DNA of 64,000 bases, taken from assembly GCA_040954595.2 (NCBI GenBank), contig CM082597.2, positions 2,650,165-2,714,164 on the forward strand, read 5' to 3'. Below are positions 25,936-36,554 of this stretch, piece by piece; position 1 is the stretch's first letter, and every line of letters starts with the position of its first letter. Below the pieces are notes generated by a model. It was not told where the DNA came from, searched no databases, and was given only the letters and a program-made list of their open reading frames with translations. The position numbers were made by a program, and so were the translations under genes. The stretch is from Balanoglossus misakiensis (taxonomy: Eukaryota > Animalia > Hemichordata).

Positions 25936-26015
25936 GCCTGATATCTCAGTTAGTACATAGAACTAGGTTTATGGTTAGTAGAGCATCTGATATGAATTCG
26001 TAGGACGTGGGTTAC
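25936..26015 (+). pseudogene. tRNA-derived relic (tRNA pseudogene or SINE head) interrupted by an 18-bp insertion
   Basis: Removing the insert and one GTTAGTA gives GCCTGATATCTCAGTTAGTAGAGCATCTGA...GGACGTGGGTT, similar to the eukaryotic tRNA-Lys-type 5' half (GCCCGGATAGCTCAGTxGGTAGAGCATCAGA). The B-box is decayed. Confidence 0.55.
25956..25973. mobile_element. 18-bp quasi-palindromic micro-insertion with perfect 7-bp TSD GTTAGTA
   Basis: GTTAGTA(25949-25955)-CATAGAACTAGGTTTATG-GTTAGTA(25974-25980). Confidence 0.6.
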
Positions 26016-27640
26016 ACAGTCACGCATAGTTCACACTGTGGTCGTGTGTATTTTCTTTTCGGTTAGTACTGTATATGTACAGGTGTGTGTAATACCAATA
26101 GCTGGAAATATAGAAATCCAAGTTTATAATCTTTAATGCAAAGCATGGGATATAAGTTGCTAAGGAGTCTGTGACGAGTCACGTTTTGGGATTACCTTAA
26201 ACGCAGCGTTCTCGAAACGGTTTCCCGGCTGCGGTTGATAGCGACCGGCTTTGACGTCAAGTTTTGAAGGGACCACGCGGCTGCTACGAACGGGCCAGAT
26301 TCCTGCGTTCCGTATTTTGACTCCACTGCGCCTAGCAACTGGGAATCCGATTGACGCTGTATGTTTGCGCACATATTTAGTGGTTGCCATCGCAACTTGT
26401 GATTCTGTTGCAGTGTCAGATTATTTTAAATATGCGTACACCCTGACCGTGGGATTTGTTGACCAATTCCGTCACGCCGATAGATCATATGAACACGTAC
26501 AGTTACCATGCACGCCGCGTCTGATTCTATTTTTGAGCTGTGGATTTGTAACAGAATGACATGAGTCTAGTCGAAGTTTCAAAGCACAGGTTGCAGGACG
26601 TAGTTTTGAAGTTGCGGTTCGTGATTCGTGACCGGTCTCCCGTACAGCTTTTGTTTGTACACGCATATTTCCCCCGTTGGTTGTTTGAATTTTATCGGCA
26701 ACTCGAAATACTGCACCCTGTTCGAATTTCTAACGTGAGCAGCCGGAAATAGCGAGTAATAAAAGATAGATGCTGGTTGAGTCGTGACACCGTTAGTTCT
26801 GCTTTTGTGAATTCGTTGGAAGGTCTTTGTCGAAAATATGGCATGGTGATGCAGACAATTTCATATGCTCGTTAAATGACTACATGTACACAACCCTATC
26901 TGTAACTTTTGATAATCGTGAAAGTAAATTTGATCTGCACAATAGTTGAAGTTTCTCGGTACTCGCGTGTTCAAATTCTAAATAGTTTTAAATTTCAACC
27001 AGGTAACTATGATGTAAACGTGTGAAGAGTATTGTTATCGTCGACTATTTGAATTTAAGTCCGGACTAATATTAAATTGTCAGTCATTCCGCGAAAGTCC
27101 CTGTCTGCATATACCGAAACCACACGGCGTATGGGCTGCGGAAATCGTTTTCAAAACAAATTCATACCATACGTAATACATTCATTCATACATACATGCA
27201 CACATACGCACATACATTAATAAAAACAAATATTAACGATTAATAAAAGTAGTTTTATTAAATAACTGAAAAATGTACTTGGAAATTGGAGTAATTTACA
27301 TTGAAATCACACTTTGGAAGGAATGATTATTTACATGTGTATTTCCAGGTCAAGCCCCAGTGGAAAAGACAAAAAGGCAGAAATTATTGGAAAATAGTTG
27401 TTTTGAAACAAATATGTACAAAAGTAACGATACCCCTTTGTCCTGTTGGTGAAATGAAAAACTCTTCATATTCATAGTTAACCCATAGTACTGTTTAACG
27501 GACATCCCGACAAGAAAAATACGAAGCGTCGGTTTTGCCGACGATCGTAGCGGTTTACGCAAAAGTTAAAGAAAAAAGTAAAGGTAGTTTTACAAGGGAA
27601 TTCAACAATTAAAATTGGCCACAAATAATTATTCGGTTTT

Positions 27641-28672
27641 TCATTCGTCATCCATGACATCGATTTCGAAGTCTGAGTCCGGGTCATGTTCGATGTCGTC
27701 ATCATCATCGTCAAAATGGTCGTGACTGTCGACGTCACAGTCGTCTTCGGTTTGCATGTGTTCGGTTTTAATGTCTTGTAGCGGCGGGCTTTTGGCGCCC
27801 GGCGGCGAGTTCGACTGCGCCAGGCAGGAGTCGCCGTGTTTGGTCTTGTGGTATTTGAGGGAACCGTAGTGGGCGAAGCGTTTCCCGCATAGATCGCATT
27901 GTAGCGGTTTCTCGCCGGTATGGATACGGGTGTGCGACTGCAAGTGGGCCAGCTGGATGAACTTCTTCCCGCAGACCTCGCACTGGTACGGTCGTTCGCC
28001 CGTGTGGATCTTCCAGTGACGCTGGAGGTTGGACGGGAAGGTGAAAGTCTTCTCGCAGACTTTGCACGTGTACGGTTTATCGCCGTTATGGATGCGTCGG
28101 TGCGAGCGGAGGTGCGCCGGCTGCGTGAAGGTCTTCAGGCAGACGTCGCACTTGTACGGGCGCTCGCCGGTGTGCGTTCGCGAGTGGCGCTGGAGGTTAG
28201 ACGGGTTGGTAAAGGTCTTCTCGCAGACCTTGCATTTATACGGTTTTTCCTTGCTATGAATGCGACGGTGCGCCTGCAAGTAGTCGAGGCGGGTGAACGC
28301 CTTGTCGCACAGCTCGCACTGGTACGGGCGTTCCCCGGTATGTATACGGCGATGTCGCGTCAGGGTGGACAAGTTCGTGAACGTCTTCTCGCAGCCCTCA
28401 CACTTGTAGTGGTTGCTGACTTTCCCCCTGGTATGCATCACACGCCGGCGGATCAGCTCGAACAGGTGTTCCTCGAAAGTCTTCTCTTCCTCGGGGAAGC
28501 TCTTCACCAACGGCGGGGAGGCGTACGGCGCCGGTCGTTCCAGACTAGGGAACCGCACGATCCGTAGCGGAACTTTGGGAATGATCAGCGGCGTCGGAAG
28601 CTGCCTCTTGCATGCCCCCAAACATCCGGGTGTCTCGCAGTGATGGAGAATCGGCCGAAAGAACACGTTCAT
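27641..28672 (-). CDS. C2H2 zinc-finger transcription factor with 7 tandem fingers and an acidic tail
   Basis: Seven CxxC-x12-HxxxH fingers with TGERPY-type linkers; acceptor ttctcttcag at 28687/28686 (NAGNAG); first exonic ATG at 28672; minus-strand AATAAA at 27254-27259. Confidence 0.92.
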   Translation of the reverse strand: MNVFFRPILHHCETPGCLGACKRQLPTPLIIPKVPLRIVRFPSLERPAPYASPPLVKSFPEEEKTFEEHLFELIRRRVMHTRGKVSNHYKCEGCEKTFTNLSTLTRHRRIHTGERPYQCELCDKAFTRLDYLQAHRRIHSKEKPYKCKVCEKTFTNPSNLQRHSRTHTGERPYKCDVCLKTFTQPAHLRSHRRIHNGDKPYTCKVCEKTFTFPSNLQRHWKIHTGERPYQCEVCGKKFIQLAHLQSHTRIHTGEKPLQCDLCGKRFAHYGSLKYHKTKHGDSCLAQSNSPPGAKSPPLQDIKTEHMQTEDDCDVDSHDHFDDDDDDIEHDPDSDFEIDVMDDE

Positions 28673-30480
28673 CTTGATAATTTCTGCTGAAGAGAACATA
28701 GAAAAACATGATTACAATTTGCCACCATCTTGTTTAGGGGCTTATTCTAACCACCCATTTACTGGTTTTCACAATTTCTTTGTTTTAGTAAATGGAGACA
28801 AAATATATATTGTTTTTATCTGAAGATGACTAATCGGATTTCCGTCAGATCAAACTTAGGAAGCATGTACCTACTCTATGAAGTTTGTCGCAGAATTGGA
28901 CGAACGCGGCTGTTGCTGACCGTTTTTAAATTTCAAATGTAGCCAACTTATCGCCATGGTGGGAAAACTGATAAAACGTGGGAATCTGACGTATCAAAAT
29001 TTCACTCCGGCCACTTATTTCGTGCAAGCTGACAGAAATCTCGACGAATTGTAATTGAATCTATTGTTTCATACTAAATGGGTTTTTGTTTAATTCATGA
29101 ATGTTACACCAGCGATTAGGGAATTAACGACATGGTCCGGTCTGTGACGCCTTCAATTGACACATGCTCTAATCTTATGAATATGTAAATTCTGGCAGAG
29201 CGCATGCGTTCTGGGTTGTTGTTGCAATGGTGTTAATTCTGAGAAGCCCATAATTGCCTCGCTCGCGGGCCAAATTGACGGAACGATATTTCGGTGATTA
29301 CAGGAACGACCAAAACGGGCATATAAAAAAATCTAAAGAAGTTACACTTTGTCGGTCTACTCGTAAATAATCCAAATTTAATTTCGTTCTCATGAGACCG
29401 AAACAAATATTTTTATGACCGAAACTGTGACTATGTATGTGTACGAAACGTGTATACTTATTGAGGGCCCACACCCAAACACTCAATTAAGAGTGGAGAG
29501 ATTAGAAATTTCGTTCGGATCGTGACTGCTGGTGACCTCCATGGAATCCCCACTACCCCCACCCCAATCAACAGGTTGTTTTCTCGTTCAGTAGACAAAA
29601 TGAGACCGTGGACCGTGACGAAGACAGCGCTGTTATTCAAAACTTTCGCCTTTTCTTTTTACGTTGGCGCATAATTTTAAATGTATTTAAACAATAAACA
29701 TGTCGGCGTGATGTAAATGACAGTTAGAGAGAACGACAGTAGGAACACGCAGAACAGCGGTGTTTAAACGACCGTTAATGTTGGAATTAAAAGCGGGTAT
29801 ATTTTATTGTCCGCCGCCATCCGCTGTACCGAAATGATAGATTTGAGAATATGTACACATGCGTGTAGCGTGCCTTATGGCCAATAGATTGACAAATTAC
29901 AAATTGTTTGTCTTTCACTGATCTGTCTAGTAGGGCGGGAATGTCGCGAAAAAAGAACACTTTCGTTGGTATTTCCTTACTTTACTCAGGGGAGAGATTA
30001 ACATTATCCAACCCGAATATTTCAGAGTTAAACTCTAAATTCATCGTCCGGTCAAGCGAGAGTTTGTGATTGCTTGTAAATTGATTAGGACTACTCTGGT
30101 AATGTTTTTACAGAACAGCTAATCAAAATGACAACCTAATCAAGTTAATTAATTAAAATAAGCACTTCCAACAAGCAATGAATCATTCAATTCTTACTTT
30201 ATCTTAGTCTTGCATACTCTCTCTCGTCATAAATTTTCTTTAAAATAAAGCAAATATCACGTGGAATTGCATTTTAACACCGCGGAAACAATTAAACGCA
30301 GTCAAAGGCTTGTAAAAATATACCGTAGCAAAATAACCGGTCAAAGTGAATTGCAGTCAAAATGAACGAAACGTCAACTGTCACGGATAAATGTTCGCAA
30401 AGTTAAAAAATATGGTCGGATAATATCGCATGTCGTTTTTTCATGGCACGTTTGTCGTAAATTCAGACGGCCATACTTAC

Positions 30481-30660
30481 TCTTCAACGGCAGTCCCGGG
30501 AACGTTGTGTCTCTGTAGTTGTGCTGTTCCAGCGAGCGAGCAACTCAAAACATTGATTCAAGGTCTCCAGCGACGTACAGATGTAGTTTGCACGTTCAGG
30601 CGGTCAATCAGTCCAGGCACTGATCTGCCTTTTAACACCACTCTACCGGTTTTTATAACA
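30481..30660 (-). promoter_or_regulatory. Probable TATA promoter and non-coding first exon of the 7-finger gene
   Basis: Donor AGA|gtaagt at 30481/30480; minus-strand TATAAAA at 30651-30657. Confidence 0.55.
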
Positions 30661-31367
30661 AACTGGGACCCATCTCACTCACACGTGTTACCATACTCGA
30701 CAAGCTTGGGCGATTTCAGGAACGACCAGCTGACGGCACCTTTTGAATACATTACAAAAAAACATACTCAAAGTGGGAGGGGACGGACATTGACAATTAA
30801 AAAGTGGCCGAAACGGTATTTAAAATAACTAAATAATATCGCAAAATAAAAGAAACTCGGAAAGTTGAAAGCGGGACTATGTTTGACGCCACGAAATTAG
30901 TCTGTGAACCGAATTTTGAAGAGGCTAGCACCGGCTGTGTAAAATTCATTATTGTGTTATCTGGTGAGATACCGGTTAACGGGCGTGTCGAGGTGAGAAT
31001 CGGTTTGTATCGAGGGGCGTAGATAGATAATGTCGATGATAAATTTTCCCAAGAACTTTAAACATGTGTTAATGTCTTCTGACGAGTTGAGATTTAAAGT
31101 GTGGGAAAGTTTGAGATTTATGAGGAGATGTAACACATTTTCTATGAATTATGCAGAAATAGCGACATTATGATAATTACGATTTTTGATTACATTTACG
31201 CTGTTTTGAAAACTTCATTATTAGCGAAACGTCAGTTCAGCTCTGTGAGTAAAAATTAACACCTTTTTCCAGTTCGTACTGTATCGTGGTTCTTCTTACA
31301 AATTTCAAAACTCTGAGACATGCACAGAAAATCAAGTGTAAGACGCCTTGAGCAGAAATGATCTATA

Positions 31368-31420
31368 GTGTACTACAAAGTAACAACCACATTGTTTGCA
31401 ATGGTGTACAGTGTAACAGT
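31368..31420 (-). repeat. Single inverted copy of the ~42-bp unit arrayed at 35159-35288
   Basis: The reverse complement reads TACACTGTACACCATTGCAAACAATGTGGTTGTTACTTTGTAGTACAC, matching the array unit. Confidence 0.8.
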
Positions 31421-32813
31421 TACACTTTGCGCCTACTTTGACTTGTTACTTTGTAGGCGCTGCCTACATTGTCAGACATCGCAACGTTCAGCGAGTACAT
31501 TGTATCGACTACAGTGGCGCCCTCTTGTCTCATGTTACGTGACTATACCCAACATTTGTAAATTCTCTGCTGCAAGCATATAATATAATAAGTTTTTTCT
31601 AAAATTTTATTCTTAAATTATGATTTAAAACAATATTTATCTATTTGTACCCTACTACATGTATAAACAAAAGAAAGAATCGTCGGTGATGACCCGCCAA
31701 AAAGGCGCCAACCAGTTGCATGCAATGGCTGAGGCGGGAAAGAGACCACCGTTAAATTTTTAATACTTGCCATTTAAATGTTGACAAATATTTAAAAACC
31801 AGTGACGAAATAAATTTGATGGTTGGTCGGCCTGATTATAGATTAAATGTTTTTATGTGTGTTTGGGCGAGACTTTAATTTCATTGGAATATCACTACAT
31901 TTATTTATTTGTCGTGCCGGTAAACGTTGACTGTCACACGAAATAAAAAAAAATTAAACATGATAAAAAAATTAATCCTGATCGAGTTTCCCCCATTTTT
32001 CAGAATAGAGTCTGCAGATACAGACACTTTAGCAATAATTTAGTCTAAAAATACACTTGGAAAAATAAAATAAAGGAAGAATTACTGCTAACAAAAATAG
32101 GCGCGAATTAGATGTAGTCAGAAAGTTGACATCAGACAAAATGTCAGACGACAGCTTGCGAATAATTTTAAAGTTTCAATTTGAAACGACCATTTTCCCA
32201 TGGACTGAGTACGCATCAGTCTGGCCATCATTAGATAACAATTAGTGTCACCCTCTTATTATCATTTGTTAAAAATGAGACACCACTTCACGAGCTCCAC
32301 ACATCAATTAGTAAAACAAAGCTGACAATCTGGGGCAATTGTTAAGGAGTTCGCCCCCGCGCAACAATACATTATCCCGGCGTCGACGTCACACTGTCCA
32401 TTTTTACCATATTGACTAAGTGACGCGCACTGTTTTATCGTCAGCTGTGCGCCACATTTCGCCCGTCAGCTTTTTAGATAAATCTCATTTCTGACACATT
32501 GTGACGTTTCCATGATTTCTCATTTTGAATTTTGAAAAGGATTAGATCTTTGACAACTCAAATTACAAAACTAAAAATACAATGTTTATCCAATAGGACT
32601 TCGCTGTCTCGTTACATGTTTGCCATAAAATATCTGGACCAAAGTTTCCTGATTTCTCGCTGGATACATTGTAGCTTTCCGCCAATTGTATCCGAGAAAA
32701 AAAGTGGCGATTTTTATGTGCTGTTGGAAACAGCAAAACACATAGACACAATAAACCGCGGTGGAGCGATCTTTTGTCAGAATTCCATAATTAACCTTGA
32801 CTGCTACTTTAAT

Positions 32814-32841
32814 CATAGACAGTAGAGCGAGACTGGCTGAG
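32814..32841. mobile_element. 28-bp hairpin micro-insertion CATAGACAGTAGAGCGAGACTGGCTGAG with a degenerate 7-bp TSD
   Basis: Flanks CTTTAAT / TTTCAAT (5 of 7 identical); sequence similar to 56930-56959. Confidence 0.5.
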
Positions 32842-35158
32842 TTTCAATTTTACTTTTGTGGAAGTGTTATTGGTTTTTGTTGTCGTTTCGGATTAAATTT
32901 TAATTATTTGGACTTAATTACCGTGGATTAGTCAACCCCTGGGGGAGTTCCTATAGAAAAAGTCGCACAGCAGACCCATTGCCTAGCGGGTAAATTGCCA
33001 CTTTTTAGTATTTTGTAAAAAAAGAAAAAAAAAACATTTTGAAGTTTGACTCGATTTCACTCGTGGCAAATCTAAATGGTATTATTTAAATCATCTATAT
33101 ACTATCATTGTATCGTTTTATTGTTGTGTCGTGAATTATTGCCGAGTTGGTTTTCAGATTATCGTCACCTGCTGTATGGCGGGAATAATAATGAAGTTGT
33201 GGTTGATATGAAACCAAATGCTGATGAAAATGCGAAAAATGAAACACGGGGAATTCTGGGATAGGGAATTTGGGGGGGGGGGGGTAGAGGAGGATAGGTG
33301 TTCCATCGGTGGCGGTTGAGATGGGTTTGTCATAGATTTGTTCACCGCGGGGGCGTCAGTTTTATTGTTTATGAGTGTCAGTGTGTACTGGAAAAATAAA
33401 GGAGGAGGGAGGGAAAGATAGAAAGAGGGAGAGGGGCAGACGAGAGAGAGAGAGGCAGACAGACAGGTAGCCGGGTTGGCGGATTTGCAACCGATGTGAT
33501 TAGGCTAAAACATGCACAAGACTGCTTCGAAGCACCGCCACTTCACAGAATGTACTAGTACATGTATGTGCATGGCTACTTCGAATTCGGAATTGTATGG
33601 GAGTGGCAGCGACCATGGCAGCAAATGAACCAAACATAGGCCCTTTCCACATTCATCGTTTAATAATGAAATTACAGCTATTTAGTTCACCCAGTTAGAC
33701 ATGAGAAGATGAGAGAACACAACGTGTTATGATCCGCTTTGACATTCTGAATAGACGCGGGTTCGTAGATTCCACTGTCATTGGCAGGCTGTGGCCTCAG
33801 TGGTCTTCACCCGGTGAATAAACCGTTAAGAGCAGAGCAATAGGCGGCGACAACACTCAAAACCACCGACTGACGGGTGCGGGGGGATAAAGCAAAACGC
33901 GATTATCTCTCCACAAAAAATATTATTATCCCTGAAACACCGCGAGATGCGGAGTTCACCCAAAACAAAGAGAAAACGGTGGACTTTTGGCTGTCAGCTG
34001 TCGGTAGATTTGTGAAATCGGATGACAAAACGGAGCTGGCGGCGAGGTAATCCCTGTTTATAACATGACCAGATAATGGCTGTCCTACCTGCGCATCCCT
34101 TTGTGATCGGGAGTATCCGAGTAAATATGATATATTGTGTTATTATTGTGATTGTCAGCAGCCGGTAAGAGTTTTTGTTGGACTCTCCGGGGAAGAACAT
34201 TCAAATATGTTGAAATGTTTGTGTTTGTTCCAAAATGCAATTTAGACTGTTAGATACAATTAAGGCAAAATTACTCTTAACGGTCGAATGCATTTTCTGG
34301 ATCTTTGGAATTGCAGAGTTCAATGTCCATTTCTTCCCTATAAACTTTGGAAGTCTTTGTTTAAATCATTATCGGGGTTAAAAGCGATAATTTCGAGAAG
34401 CAGTCTGTTTTCTGTTTGATCTAATAAGCAAAGTTTTCCTTCGAGGGAAAGATGCTGAAATGTCCAAGAACGTTCAGAAAACTGGCCACGTAGATATTTT
34501 GCGGTTCGAATAGATATAAAAAGATTTAGAAAATATTATTTATACTTAACAAGTACTTAGTGAAAAAATATGGAGACAACAGCAGCTCCAAATTACTAGC
34601 AACGTGTGTAAGAACCTTGGCACTCTAGACCATATATAACGCCAATATATCACACTGGTCGCACGCTTTGTCGGAGGAGTGTTCACAACACATTGTATTG
34701 TGGCCAATGCGATTTGTTTTGCTTACTGACGCAACAGAGGGGGGAGATGAGGGGGACGTACACCGGCCATTCTCTTCTTCCCTGTGTGTTAAATTTAGGA
34801 CAGACGAGCGAGTCAACAGGCGATTTATAAAACTGACCAGACGAGTTTGTGTGCGAAAATGTGAGGGTACATCAATCCGTTTAACCGCAGTGGTTTGGTC
34901 AAAATCAGTCGTTTTCCACAAAAAGTTGGACCTTCTTACAGGGAACTGGGCGGATAAGAAGTTTTAAAATAAAACACGTCAAATGCCAGCTGCGTTGCCG
35001 CCTGCAAGGCCGGTACAAAATTTAACGCACTTTGACTAGTTGACACTGAGACTCAAATCAAAGGGTCGGTGTCGCCCCGTCTGCGGGTGTGGGTCTCGTA
35101 CGACACAGTTGCTACCAAGTAAAAATAGATGCAAACTGCTACAATGTACATCACTGAA

Positions 35159-35288
35159 AACAGTATTGTTGTTACTTTGTATTACACTGTACTTCTGTGC
35201 AAACAATGTGGTTAGTTTGTATTACACTGTACATCCTTGCTAACAATGTGGTTGTTACATTGTATTACACTGTACATCATTGTAAACA
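35159..35288 (+). repeat. Minisatellite, about 3 imperfect copies of a 40-43-bp unit (AACAATGTGGTTGTTACTTTGTATTACACTGTACATC...)
   Basis: Read directly. Confidence 0.85.
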
Positions 35289-36554
35289 AACGGTATCGGT
35301 AGACTTTAGGCAGAGAAATACTTCGCAAATTTTTCTTAGAGCTAAGTCATCTTTCAACAACCCCGTTGCCGTCACAGTCATGTTTCTATGGCAACCATTG
35401 CGTAGGTTTTGGTATGGACCTATAAAAAACTCAAAAATAGAGTTTTATTCTTAAATCGGTACGCAAATCACCCACTTCTAACTCAACAAACTGGTATCCC
35501 TCGTTTGTATTGAGCACAGCCTGCGTCGATAAAATGGGTGTTACCAAGGCCGGCAAACAAACCATTATAGCGGCACGCTTCACTAAAACAACCAATTCTG
35601 TGTACATATCTGGTAGCTCTTTCTATTACCAACAAAAGTAAACCTACAAATTCATCCGTCACCAGGGTATGGCTTTAACTGTGTGGAATTTCTAGAGCAA
35701 GGTGAATTTGGAACTCCTTTTCTATGACATTTAAATATTTGTGTAACTTTACGAGTCCAGGCTTAGAGAACAGCGAAAAATTTTATGTGCCAATTTCTCG
35801 TGCGCCAACCGGGTAACATCTGATAAACTAACATTTGGCGCCTAAAATGTAGCCGCATTTTTGTGTGTATTCCCATCAGAGATGATTTTATTGAAAAATA
35901 TTTTAGACCAATCTGGTCACAAATATGAAAAAAGACATAATCATCAATCAACAGTGTTTTCTGCAATGCTGCGTAACGCCATTTAATGTAACGGCGGGGC
36001 TGTACACGTCACGAGCGTTACGGGATAAAGAGCCCCCATCGAGCACATGACAAGGCGACCGAAAAAAATAAAATTGATACTAAAATATAAAACAGTGATA
36101 AATTACTACACAAAACAGGATTAAGGGGCCCATACAATCCAAAATGGCGATTTTTGCCGATTTTTATTATTTTACACTTTCTACGTTGTCTTAGATGAGA
36201 AATGCCGCTTATGGAAATATCGCACAAGGTAACGTTACATGCATTACCCATTTAATAAAGTCATTAGGAAGTGTTATCGATTTTTTTATTTATTGGAAAG
36301 CAAGTTTGCAGTTTATTAAATTTCCTATGGACGCAATACAAAGTCCGAAACTAGTCATATCGCCCTCTATCGACAACTGCGAAGGTTTACTACTAATAAA
36401 AACAACGTTGTTTATAACGGTGTATGACTTCGATACACGATAAAATTTGAAGAAAAAACACGACATTAATAACTTGACCTTTATTATTTGTCCAATGCGT
36501 CGCCAGACAATGATGACGCCCGACAGTCTAGGATTGCGACTCGTTCCCACGCAA

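Noticed and set aside
36119-36200. TTAA-GGGG start resembling a Kolobok/piggyBac-type non-autonomous element end (similar repeat-like fragments at ~16860-17640, ~21050-21900 and ~28850-29050)
   Set aside because: No matching inverted terminus or TSD could be found by eye; it needs a repeat library.
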